DNA of 43,320 bases from Hydrurus foetidus (Eukaryota), in NCBI GenBank assembly GCA_900617105.1, contig UYFQ01000717.1, positions 1 through 43,320 on the forward strand. Reading direction: 5' to 3'. Position numbers and translations under genes: made by a program. Below the pieces are notes generated by a model. It was not told where the DNA came from, did no database searches, and saw only the letters and a list, made by a program, of their open reading frames with translations. Below, piece after piece: positions 22,401 through 33,400 of this stretch (within the stretch, counting starts at the first letter, position 1; each line of letters starts with the position of its first letter).

Positions 22401-24258
22401 GTTGCTTCTTAACTATAATAAGTATAAGAAAATAACTTGGACAATAGAAGCTCTCAGAGCATTCAATTTGATCAAATCTGAGATTTCAAAATGCACGACT
22501 ATGCACTTTTTAAGTGACACCGATCCGATATACTTGCACACTGATGCATCGGACTATGGTGTAGGTGCCTATCTTTTCCAGTTAGTTGACGGTCAAGAGA
22601 CGCCCATAGCATTTGTCAGTAAATCACTTAACAAAGCTCAGCTTCGTTGGGCTGTTATACAAAAAGAAGCATATGCTATCTTTTATTCGTGCACGTATTT
22701 AAAATCGCTATTACGTGATCGTACGTTTACATTACGTACAGATCATCGTAACTTGTTATACATAAAGGATAATTCAAATCCAATGATTGTTCGGTGGTTT
22801 ATGGCCTTATCCGAATATTCATTTAAGATTGAATATATACCTGGACCTAACAATGATATAGCTGATTCGATGTCTCGACTCTGTCGCAATAACATGGTTG
22901 ACTTCCCTCAGGAATATACTCCTGATGCAATCATGTCAGCTAATACTATTGAAAAATTCAAACTAACACGTGAGCAGTACAATACAATCAGTAAAGTACA
23001 CAATTCACAAGTTGGTCATTTCGGCCTTGAGCGCACTTTAAAGCGTCTCAAAGACAAAAATGAAATTTGGCAATATATGCGACAGCATGTCAGGTGGTTC
23101 ATAGATCACTGTTCGTGTTGTCAGAAGATGAGTATGTTAAAGATACCAATACATGCTCATGGCTTCTCGACTTCTACTTACACACCTATGGAATGCCTTA
23201 ACATAGACTTCATAGGACCGTTTCCAGACGGCGGGTACGTACTCGTAATTATCGATACGTTCACAAGATGGGTTGAACTGTTTCATACAGAAGATGCTAC
23301 AGCACTTTCAACAGCTAAATGCCTCTTGCAACATTTCGGTCGTTTCGGCGCACCTCTCCAACTCCGTTCTGATAATGGGCCACACTTCATTTCCGAAGTT
23401 ATTAAAGAGTTTCTAACTCTTATCGGCACTCAACATTGTCTTACTTTAGCATACTCTAAAGAAGAAAATGCTATTGTTGAGCGCATGAATAAAGAAGTAA
23501 ATAGACATCTTCGTGCATTAACATTCGATAATGTCACTTTAGAAGATTATAAAACGTCACTTCCATTTGTGCAACGAATTTTAAATTCGAATCACAGTGA
23601 CCGTTTAAAAATATCATCTTCTCAACTTCTTTTCGGAAATGTACTTAAACTCGATAGAGGTATCTTTTTACCTCCGGCTGAGCGAAATGTTACTGATGAC
23701 AAACCTTTGTCAAAACGTATGAGCAATCTACTCAAAACGCAAGACAGTCTCCTTAAAGCTTCTGCTAAAGAGCTTCTTCGCACAGATTTGCTTCATCAAA
23801 GTCAGTCTCAAATTTTTCAGCATGTAGAGTACCCAAAAGACTCTTATGTCTTGGTGCACTATCGCGATGGATCCCCTCCTTCACGTCTTCACACGCATTG
23901 GAGAGGTCCATTAAAAGTCGTTAGTGGCGAAAATTCGCGTTACACCCTATATGATCTCGTCACTCAGAAAACATCAGAATTTCATGTTTCTGCCATAAAA
24001 CCTTTTCTATTTGACCCATCAATCACAAATCCGTTAGATGTTGCACGACGAGACCACATGGAATACTTTGTTGAAGATATCCTTGATCATCGTGGTAAAC
24101 ATCAACGCACCCACATAGAGTTTTTAGTCAAATGGTTAAATTACCCTTCTGACAAAAACACTTGGGAACCTTACTCAAATCTTCGTGATGTTGTTAAACT
24201 TCATGATTATTTACGTCACAATAACATGACTAATTTAATCAATAAACAACACCGTTGA
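19408..24258 (+). CDS. gag-pol: Single-ORF Gag-Pol polyprotein with C-terminal chromodomain (1616 aa)
   Basis: CCHC knuckle CTGCGRLGHFVATC, protease LLDTGS, RT (CIDFRNLN, DLTQGYHQ, LPFG, YIDD), RNase H (TDASDYG, TDH, ADSMSR), integrase (HNSQVGH..CSCC, IDFIGP, SDNG, VERMN), GPY/F motif WRGPLKV, chromodomain YFVEDILDH...FLVKWLNY...NTWEP. Confidence 0.97.
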   Translation: MALRRQEKKTSSINALRRKQQPRAVAVAFRQRYDEHHNRGGDAESPGPPAAQDPAGDLSAPIPQRNSEPAVMSVVDIPVISALSALSLQPASAATPAIAENPIPRTMAPPQQYVQTGERAPKLSAVPSRQEVLRVMEVLLSNGTPFKPVDVVHVSNHQSFTTLLKRKFATDPDRRDSCNNWKHWSNQLFCRELNLTVPTSAVNRTDKLSFIETVSQVALQFDLKDKSVEDKTDQLLADIVDGFPDATPALQLQATKILIDKLPVEPINWRAVLQRSLNNTTPRLITIEDFRFVWLAQLAKLRESIDALRFIDVSPLYGDNSRQIKAPPRSSQDKIKKRPRENEQSVQSDKSDKHERPLCTGCGRLGHFVATCFYTTSPYYNSTQTPFINSEGHKQLLKVDPQAKFIPTLPKTTSSSSSSSSSSSSKPATSTADSTHTAKKHKGEQLCNLNSSSILSDDPELIPFFISPLSQEVMLEKSNRVFTLLDTGSFAGNFIHRRIITNHNFTQFVSNSSKKLCKVCSGLDNHCYDISDTIDLTLSYFCPDLNNYYTFQITAYVLNDSKFDLIVGRKTIRELNLFSRFPDQISANASSSTTSLAEVLSSEQVDITCGCQPKENLQPSDGSPKVDPLTQKVKPAVTQTHVILASLIQESERLFEAVPPDEDEIDDSIKDSFSPWIDEFPDTDPLSLINLAGDEDQKNKLRLLVHEFKDIFSSELSATPADIPPFDFNVNDDQWKVTKNRQPPWSKSTVDQADILSQINKLEKHNIVEKSNAAYYSQVLLVPKSDGTKRMCIDFRNLNNCTEDKSHPIPHIGEMLRRIGAHKAKVFAVLDLTQGYHQAPLTLAARAYTAFILFCGVYQFTRLPFGPKQAPSYFQQIMSTVVLAGLIYSICEMYIDDCNVFGKDIDELISRLRLVFERFRKHKIFLKPNKCYLGYAEIDYVGKVLSADGLRMSQEKIRTVLDFPKPVLSKQLKSFLGLVNYFHDFVRNASTVVYPLHQLLLNYNKYKKITWTIEALRAFNLIKSEISKCTTMHFLSDTDPIYLHTDASDYGVGAYLFQLVDGQETPIAFVSKSLNKAQLRWAVIQKEAYAIFYSCTYLKSLLRDRTFTLRTDHRNLLYIKDNSNPMIVRWFMALSEYSFKIEYIPGPNNDIADSMSRLCRNNMVDFPQEYTPDAIMSANTIEKFKLTREQYNTISKVHNSQVGHFGLERTLKRLKDKNEIWQYMRQHVRWFIDHCSCCQKMSMLKIPIHAHGFSTSTYTPMECLNIDFIGPFPDGGYVLVIIDTFTRWVELFHTEDATALSTAKCLLQHFGRFGAPLQLRSDNGPHFISEVIKEFLTLIGTQHCLTLAYSKEENAIVERMNKEVNRHLRALTFDNVTLEDYKTSLPFVQRILNSNHSDRLKISSSQLLFGNVLKLDRGIFLPPAERNVTDDKPLSKRMSNLLKTQDSLLKASAKELLRTDLLHQSQSQIFQHVEYPKDSYVLVHYRDGSPPSRLHTHWRGPLKVVSGENSRYTLYDLVTQKTSEFHVSAIKPFLFDPSITNPLDVARRDHMEYFVEDILDHRGKHQRTHIEFLVKWLNYPSDKNTWEPYSNLRDVVKLHDYLRHNNMTNLINKQHR

Positions 24259-24441
24259 CTTTTATATACATATATCCTTGAAACTTCATCCATGAGGATT
24301 CTCTCCCATTTTTTTACCTACAAGGTCTTTTTTGGAGAGTTTAGTCAGTGAAAGTCTGACATAATCGTCTCAAGTTTTCATACACTATATCATATACTTT
24401 TCTTTCGTTTTTTTTATATATCACACATTCGTGTGGATATT

Positions 24442-24459
24442 GAAAAAAGGAAGAAGGGG
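24442..24459 (+). promoter_or_regulatory. Polypurine tract of the chromovirus
   Basis: GAAAAAAGGAAGAAGGGG, 3 nt before the 3' LTR. Confidence 0.85.
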
Positions 24460-24462
24460 TAG

Positions 24463-24723
24463 TGTAGCCTTATTGCATCCCTATATGGATACAATGTGTC
24501 TAGGTTTACTAGGTACAATAGGCTCATTACGCCCAGATTCCAGTTTAGGTCTTAGTTCCATATATGACGTGAGTGCTGTTACCGTACAAATCACCTCCAT
24601 CTATTAAACTGTAAGATATTAACATAAGTCTTTACCTTCTCGACTTCGCCTTCGTTTGCCCACGCCTTCCGTCCTCCGCCTACTCCAACTTCGCCTCCCA
24701 TCCTAGGCCCCGCCGTCAGACCA
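24463..24723 (+). repeat. 3' LTR of the chromovirus
   Basis: Direct repeat of 19041-19301, followed by TATCCT and resumed satellite. Confidence 0.94.
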
Positions 24724-24905
24724 TATCCTATCCTTAATACTTATAATGGATAATAACAAGTTTACAACAAAAAATCATTGTGAGATATTTGTCCGTATAA
24801 AATCTGTCACTTCGGTCTCTTAAATTTATTGAAGTTATTTTTCTGTATTATTTTCTCTTCACCTTATATTCTATCCTTAATACTTATAATGGGATAATAA
24901 TAAGG
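24724..24905. repeat. Terminal satellite monomer and one degenerate partial monomer (array edge)
   Basis: Canonical monomer to about 24842, then a diverged copy CTATCCTTAATACTTATAATGGGATAATAA. Confidence 0.88.
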
Positions 24906-25471
24906 ATACAATCTACATAATTTTTATTTTTCTATACATTTTTTAAACTAATTTTTCTTATACCCGTATGTCCCGTTTGTTAAATTACCATGTGTTTGAG
25001 AACTGAATATTATCACTTTTTGTAAGAAATAAATATTCTTGAAGATCTTGTTAGTTGCGCCCTTCGGGCGCCATATAGACATTTTTTGATAAAAATAAAT
25101 CTGTTATGAAGTTTAATTACACTAAAGTCAAGTTAGAAATATTTATTAACACGGGCGTAGCACGTGAGAGTCCGAGCTTTGCTTTTGGTTTTCTCTTTAT
25201 AATTTACTTTTTTTTTATCATCAGTCCTCTCTTATGTTCCATAATCATCTATTTATCATTAAATTTAGGATATACAAAATAAAACAATAACTTCAATAAC
25301 TACCACATTATGAGTGTTAATTATAACAAATGGTCATAAATTATTGTAATATTCAATTTAGGCATTTACTGAAATAGGATAGTATTCAACGATAATAGGA
25401 TATAGATATATCTCTTTATAAATTATATAGATGGCTGATATAAAATCGTTCTGCTGTAATATGTGCAATAT

Positions 25472-25879
25472 TCCGAAAGGTGGATTCTAGTTTTTCATTT
25501 ATTACAATAGTTTTTTTGGTTTATGTCCTCTCTAGTTTAGAGACATGATATTAGGACCGTAATTATAGGAAATAGGACATCGGAACAATGAATGAATAGG
25601 AAAATATCACTTTTTGTAAGAAATGACAATATTTTGCGTTTTTTTATTTTTCATGATTTTTGATTTTCCAAAATAAAAATATGACAATTATTGGACCTGT
25701 CTCCGAAAGGTGGATTCTAGTTTTTCATTTATTATAACAAGTTTTTTTGGTTTATGTCCTCTCTAGTTTAGAGACATGATATTAGGAGTGTAATTATAGG
25801 AAATAGGACATCGGAACAATGAATTAATAGGAATATACATTTATATGTTTACACTTTTTGTAAGAAATGACAATATTTT
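25472..25879. repeat. Diverged direct repeat, about 165-180 bp x2 (25472-25635 and 25702-25879)
   Basis: TCCGAAAGGTGGATTCTAG...CACTTTTTGTAAGAAATGACAATATTTT occurs twice, 230 bp apart. Confidence 0.85.
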
Positions 25880-26497
25880 ATTTCCAGATACTTCCCGATA
25901 GTTGTCACACGAGTGTAAAAATAAATGATAAACACAGGCGTAGCCCGTGAGAGTCCTAGCTTCGCTCGAACTCGTATTCCCTTGTGTTGTCTTCGTATAG
26001 TAAGATATCAGTCAATCTGTATTTCTCATTATGTTATTTTGTACATACATTAATTTGTATTGATTTACAAAATAAACTTATTTCCACGACCACTCCCGAC
26101 TCTCTATAAATTTTGTTACTTTGTTAAATTTTGTTTTTACTATGTTTATATTAATCTTTTCTTTTTCTTTTATATTTCTGTAATTGAATTACTTTTCATG
26201 TAAATATGTTAGTATAATTTTATATTTTTAAAAAAATATCTTAATTAGAGATAAGTGGGAGTAGGGTCATTCTCTGTGGAGATAAGTAGGAGTAGTGTAG
26301 CCATATGCCATTTAGTATGGCATTATGAGCTTCTAGAACTATCGGTCCACAGATCGGTCTACGGGGTCGTAGGCTTCCAGCCTCACCCTTACAACGTGTA
26401 CTCTGCTATCATCTAGCTAGTCCACGTAGAAGTTACCCTAGCTACGGCTTTCCCCTGTAACTAAGACTCCAGCTCCTCCCCTTTCCTTTCTCTCTTT

Positions 26498-26814
26498 TGT
26501 TGGAGTATCCGGGGAAAAGACACTGCTGTAGTTGTATAGTATATGTATGGATCCCGACGGACAGCGGCGTGCATCATAGCGCGCGTACCGCTGACCGTTG
26601 GCTGTGTGGGCTCGTGGAGCCATCCATTCACCTGTCTTCAACATGGGTGAAAACGCGCAATTGTCTTGATATGTAAAGCTTCGTTGCCGTCTTGATTGAT
26701 GCCGGTGCACAAGTTTAATTATCAAGTAATTACGCAAACACACGTCTATTTTACGAGCCTTGGGTCACCGGTCGTCGCGAGTGCAAAGCATCCGGATTCA
26801 GAGAATTCCCAACA
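26498..26814 (+). repeat. 5' LTR of Copia-B
   Basis: Direct repeat of 37245-37561. Confidence 0.95.
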
Positions 26815-26841
26815 TAATTAAACTAGATCAGCGCATTGAGA

Positions 26842-29800
26842 ATGCCGCCGAAGAAACAAGAAGAACCAAAATCAGGTGCAGAGCACTGCATGCTGAAGTT
26901 TGGACGCCAGAACAACGTGGTGCAATGGAAGGAAGACATGCAGAACGAGGCATGCGGCCTGTACGGTATGACCGGCATGTTCTTCAGCACCAATAGGCAC
27001 TACGTCCAACCGTATCCTCGAGAGGAGGATTACAACCCCACCTTCCAAACGGTGGATACAGATGACCCGACGGTGGGTATCGAAAACGAGGAAGAAGAAG
27101 ACGGGTCCGTAGACCCCGACGATGTCATGATCGGACCACAGCCTCCTCCATCAGCGCCTATCGTGTATTCAGAGGCACTCATAGACAAACTGCGAGCCAG
27201 TGCGTTCGAAGGAAGGCGCAGGGCAGTCGAGACTCAAAGAACGGACGAGCAAAAGTTGTGGTCGCTCATGTGGTCGAGGATGTCCACAGGATCCAAATCC
27301 AAGGTGCGCGAGGAGCCAGAGTTCGAGTCATGTCGCCTCAGACTGGACAGCGTTCAGCTGTGGGAGTTCATCCGCAGGAGTCATTTAACCCACATATACG
27401 GCGAAGATGACTCAATGAGAGCAGTGAATATCCACGAACAGACACTGAGGTACAACTACCTCAGACAGGGTGAGCGTGAGTATATTGGCGATTTTAAAAC
27501 GCGATTCGATAACCAGGTACTAGCCAACAAGGGTGTTGGTATGACTGAAGTGGAAGAATCGATAAGAGCTATCGACTTCCTCAGTAAGTTAGACCCCAAA
27601 AGGTATACCGGTATGTTAACATTTATGCGTAATAACGCTGTACAAAACATACCAAACAGTTACCCTTCCACCTTAGCCGGAGCATACAGGGTAGCGTCAT
27701 CTTGGACCAACGCCGGCGGCGGAGTCCCCCTCGGAGCCGAGCAACATTCTGCATTCCTGACCGACAATTTGCCTACAACAAAGGAAAAAGTCCCGGGAAA
27801 GGGCTCGAAAGACAAGACAGCCGCAACAAAGAAGAAATCATCGTCAGTGATTTGCTTCGTATGCGGAAACGCTGGGCACTTCGCGAAAGACTGCGAAAAG
27901 CGCAAGCTCGGGGAACACGCTCTGCTTGCAGCGACTGGAGATGAGTTAGAGGACGACGATGAGAGCATCGAAGCAGCCTTCATCACGACGGATGAGACCG
28001 CCCTGTTCACGCGGAGCCACGTGTTGCTTGACAATCAAGCCTCCGTCAACGTATTTTGCAATCCGGGACTCCTGTCTGACATCCGGAAATCGAGGCATGC
28101 GATCCTCCTCAACGGAGTGCAGCTCGGCGCAGCTGGTGTGCGAGTCGACCAAGAAGGTTATTTCGACGAGATCGGACCTGTATACTACAGCAGCGGAGCC
28201 ACTGCTAATATACTATCCTTCGCAGCGATGGCGGATAGCGGTGCAGAAATCCGATACGAGCATGAAGCGGGATGCTTCATCCTGAGACCAGTGGGTAGCA
28301 GAGCAACGTACACATTTAGCAGACAGGACCTGCCGGGTTCAGCAGGACGATTCTATGTGTACGATGCAAGCGACATCGCGAGACAGAAGCAGTCTCGCGA
28401 AGTCATCGAGAGTGCGCTAGTTGCTACGGTCCAGGACAACATGCGAAAGTTCACGAAACGAGAGATCGCGTCAGCAGCTGAGGCCAGGGAACTGCTCGCT
28501 CGTATGGGATACCCTCCAGTTGAAATGGCGATCGCCATGATTCGAGGGGGGAACAACTTCAGCGTCTCGGAGGCAGATTTCCGGAACGCCCATACGATCT
28601 GGGGCAAATGTCTCGCGAGCATGCGGGGCAAAACTCATAAAAAGTCATCGCCCAAGGCCGATATTTCGCTAACACCTGCGCCAGCACAACAGCAGCAAGT
28701 CCTAAGTGCGGACATCATGTATCTGGAGACCACAGCGATACTTATCGCAGTATCAACCCCTCTGGACATGACCCTCGCAGTGAGCCTCATTCGACTCGAC
28801 ACTGGAAAGGTCACTCGACAAGCGGCAGTGGTAAAGCCAGCATTATGTGAAATGATATCAATACTCAAATCTAGGAACTTCCTAGTGCATGTCATCATGT
28901 CTGACGGGGAAGGTGCTATCGGAAAAATGAGGCCTGACCTGATGGCACTAGGAATCGAGGTTGATGTGTCTGCAGCTGGCGGACATGTTGCAAGAATTGA
29001 ACGGCGAATTCAGATGGTAAAGGAGCGTGCACGCGCTCACATATGCGGCAGACTCCCATTTACACTAACCGACCTGGGTAATTCATATCTAGCACTATAC
29101 TGCGTCTCTCGTATCAACTGTCAACAGTCAGGCTCAAGGCCGGGGGGACTCTCACCGAGAGAACTGTTCTCGGGAAGGCGGGTTGATGGGACCCTGGACT
29201 TCCGCGCTGGATTCGGAGACTATGCCGTTTGTACAGTACCAAACACAGATAACACAATGACATCACGTACTGAAGACTGCATTGTCATGCTACCTACACA
29301 CAGCAGGACTGGCTCATTCAAGATGCTCTCACTCACCACCGGCAGGATTGTTACAAGGGATCAGTTCAAGATACTGCCGATGCCACAGTCGGTCATCGCG
29401 ACACTGAATGCCATGGCAGTCAGAGAAGGGAAGAAAATCGTTCAAACTAAACTACATGTGTTCGATGAACTGCTATTCGCCAACAGCCTCGATAAGTCTA
29501 ACATGCCGACCTTCATTACAAACCCCCCCACTCAGGATGTTACAGTCGAAGAAAGCGTGGTGCAACCACACCCGACACTCATCGACCTACCTTCAGCTGA
29601 CATTTTCGAGATTCCTCCTTCCGATGTGGGGGGGGGGCAGCAGCAGCAGCCGACACCGACACAGCAGCAATACCAGAAGAAATCGGAATTTTGGAACTCG
29701 AACCATTCGGGGTGCACGTACAGGATGTACCCACACCACCACCAACACCCCTGTACGAACCAACACCTCCAGACGACATTCCCGACACCGCACCCACACC

Positions 29801-30484
29801 AGACAGCGAGCCAACAGCACAACCAGCGCTGTCTACTGTGAGAGAGCAGCGCAGGGTGCCAACCCCAACAGAGAGAATGGTGACTCGGTCATCACGAGCG
29901 AGTGAAGATGCATTCATGACTATCGACGAAAGCGTCACTGCGAGAGCAGCCAGCACAGCAGCGTCGACCCACAGCGTTGACGAGGTGCTACAGCGCCATA
30001 GAGACGAAATGAATAAGAGCAATACAGCAAACATCAGCGTCAAGGAGGCGTTCCGCACCAGGGGTGAGGAAGCCAAGAGGGTTATAGTATCAGAGCTGAA
30101 ACAGATGCTGGATAAAAGGGTATGGGTGCCAGTGATGGGGGGAAAGCTGTCAGCAATGCAGAGGGCAACGACAATCAGATCCTCAATGTTCCTGAAGCAG
30201 AAGAATAACCCAAACGGGAGCTTCCACAAACTCAAGGCAAGACTGGTCGCAGCCTCTATGAAGATTTGTCCTCACCAACAGTGTCGACCAGCGCGGTTTT
30301 CACCCTGTTGGCCATCGCAGCACACGAGAAGCGTGCGGTCGCGGTCGTCGACATCAGCGGAGCCTACCTCAATGCAGATATGTCGTTGGGAACTCCGGTA
30401 CACATGCGCCTAGACCGTACTATGTCGGACCTCATCATCGGCATCGACCCTACGTACAGTAAGTACACCGACGCGAGAGGCGGG
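26842..30484 (+). pseudogene. gag-pol: Copia-B gag-pol 5' part (Gag, CCHC knuckle, protease, integrase, RT N-terminus), frameshifted
   Basis: Motifs CFVCGNAGHFAKDC, LLDNQAS, LSADIMY / MSDGEGA / RIERRI, KLKARLVA, DISGAYL. Probable frameshift at the G10 run 29628-29637 and a frameshifting deletion near 30251 (KARLVA to LYEDLSSPTV). Confidence 0.9.
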
Positions 30485-33400
30485 TGCACCGGAACGGATA
30501 ATCTGGGCGGACCTTCACTCAGGTTTGGAATTTAAGAAAATGGTCCAAACACCGTGTAAACATCGTGAAATTCAAAAATTCAAATAAATGCCGCAGTTAT
30601 CAGCGGGCGCAGTCTCTCAATAGAAGCCAACCTAGCAACATTCTTTGCATCACTTTGCTCCTAAGGACCTAGTTGTCACGATGGCGAATCTAAATGCTGT
30701 CATAGCTGCTTTTAAATCACTGCAGCGCTGTCGTTTTGAGCCCCATATCTCCGTTTTAATGACCGGAGATGGCCGAATCACAATACCTGCAGTTGACTTT
30801 TTGTCGTTTTGTGGAGTCACTGATATCACACTGCTGAACGATTTTGTAAGGTTTATTAAGAGAGATAAGTTGACTCTGGCATTTCGTTTGCTACTGCATC
30901 TCGAATGGGGCACCTCTCCTGGTGGCATCAATTGCAAGCTCTCATTCAACTTGCTGGTGCCACTTTCTGACGTAAACCAGTTACGGAGAGAAGAGCTTTT
31001 AACAGTCATTACGCCAGCTCCAATATCACAATTGGTGGGTGATGTCGCCATTGCAGGCGATCTGAATCGGAAAGCCCAATCAGAAACCAATCTCAATCTC
31101 ATGATTGAGAATGACTTTGCTGCTATAAAAGTGAAGATCCCACCTTCTCTGAAGAGAAGACTGTCCAAGAAAGCAGTATACAGTGCAAAATCATTAGCGA
31201 AGTATGCTTCAGAGCTAGAAAGAAGTATCTCACTCTTGATTGAGTCAACAGAATTATCGAAGAATATTAATTTACAGAATCAAGTTATACAGGATGTGTT
31301 ACGACGAATGGGAAATAAAGTCGGCACTAATGAAACAGTAGACGTGACGCACACAATAATATCAAATGTAAGAAGCTTAGTAGATGATATGCGAGAATAT
31401 GGAAGTAATGACATAGAGCAAATAAAGTATCTAGAGGGCCTGGCTCTTGCACTATCTGGTGGCGTCTCTGTGGCGAAGTTAATGAGAGCTACTGGCCTCT
31501 CAAAGAGAACGCTACAATATGGAAAAGAATTAAGAAAAAAGTTCAATGAGGAAACAGTAAAAGCTAAGAATGAATCAGAGGCAATCAATGTTAATAACGC
31601 AGTGAATGACGTACTAAATGAAGATCAAGCTAACAGTGAGAATAATGAGGTAATCATAAATCAAAATAACATTGACAGTGATTCTGAGACAGTGTATTCA
31701 GAAGAATCGGTGTCTATAGATGATAATAGCGGCAAAAGAAAAAGAGCAAAGCGTGGTGAAGGGGTAAAAAAGTCGAGCATCAATAGATACAGGCCCTATA
31801 TTTCGAGAAAATTCAGAAAGACAAGGAGTGATTTGATAACTGGTGTGGAAGTGCAAAGATTTTGCCATGAAAGTCAATGGGGTGGCAGATTGGATACATT
31901 GAAGTTATCAAAGCAACAAGTGATGATAGAGCAGCCACTAGGAGGATTTCAATATGAAAGTGTACGCTCATATCAATACACAGTTGCAGAAATGTACAGC
32001 CATTTTAAGTCGTCAGAATACGGTGCAAGGCAAAGATTAGAAAACAGTAATAGAGATTTGTCAATAAGGAGATTTCGAGAACTCATATGCCCCTGTATGA
32101 CTCTTGCAAAGCAGAGGGATACAGCGGATGAAATCATAGCAGAATTCAAACACTGCTTACTAACTTGGGATGTAAATATGAGAAAGAAGGATAGGAACGT
32201 ACGGGCATCAATTGAAAAATGTCAATTAACGGAATGTAAACAGCATCAAAAAGGTTCGTTATCAGCAGAATTGTATGCGATGGCATCAAAATCACCGCAA
32301 CTTTTTATGAAATACCTGCTGTGTCCTCAGATCCAGAGGGATGAATTAGCCATTAAAATCTCTGACGGCAATAATTCATACAAAGAAAAACTTGCCATTT
32401 CGCAAGCTGCCAATATCGAAGCTGCAACGGCTAGCAAACTGAAAGATGATGAAAATTATTGGGCAAGTGGAGCCAAAAAAGGTGATAAAATGCATAATTT
32501 GTTATAACATCAAATGCATAATTTGTATAATAATATCATAACCCAAAATTTGAAGTTCATCATTCACCTTATCATCTTTTCACGTAGATCTTTTTTCGTT
32601 TCTTTTTTTTTATTCTTCTTTTTTGTTTTTGTTTTTTATTCTTTTTATTCCTTTTTTATTAAAAGGATCTTCCAAGCGATTGAAAAAAGAAAAGCAGGCG
32701 AGAAGTTTGCCTACGAGAAAAGACGAACCCGGTTTTAGTTGGTATAAAAAATCATGTTGCGAGTCGAAATGCACTGATTGTGGGATAGACTCACGTTTTA
32801 GCAGCCCCAATTCTGCATCTGAATCAGTGAATGGTCTTGTCCACACATTGGTGGCAGGTCTCCATTCCCCATGTGAATGTGAATTTAAATGCGTCGATAA
32901 TGACGGTGCTGAAATTGAAGTGGTAGTTAAAGTAAAAATGTACACAGAGCAAGTCAGATCTGGTGGATTTCAGAAAGAGATGGAGGAGGTAGAAATGAAA
33001 TTAAGAGAATTCGGTGAACACTTTCTCAAGTGCACCCAAAAATATTTGGTACATCATTTCAATGATATCATGAGTTCACAAGCCAGAAGAAATGTATACG
33101 AAAAAATGTCTACTGATGTGAGGTTAAAGACGACACTGATTATGGCATCTGATTATTCAGCAATTCTAGATGGACATTCTCAAGATCAACTCAACCAAAC
33201 AGTGCAACTCCATTCTATTCAGCTTATCATATTACTTTCTCATTTATCAGATGGGGTTTTGATGACTAAGGCATATTCATTTTGGACTCAGCAAGGAATA
33301 TCAAAACTAAAATCGGATAATCACTTTTACAGAGAGTGTGTCATGAGAGTTTTAAATGATGTGAAAGCAGAATCGATACCTTTTGATAAAGTCATTCAGA

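Larger units (their letters stand above)
19041..24723 (+). mobile_element. Full-length Ty3/Gypsy chromovirus inserted in the satellite
   Basis: 261-bp LTRs TGTAGCC...CAGACCA at 19041-19301 and 24463-24723, with 4 differences by eye. PPT at 24442-24459. Duplicated TATCCT target (4-6 bp depending on the LTR end). Domain order PR-RT-RH-IN-chromodomain. Confidence 0.96.

Noticed and set aside
26702..26710. CCGGTGCAC in the Copia-B LTRs matching the Sola-like terminus
   Set aside because: Only 9 bp with no extended TIR similarity; likely coincidence.
26438..26743. Duplicated minus-strand ORF (also 37224-37490)
   Set aside because: An artefact of the two LTR copies, with no coding features.
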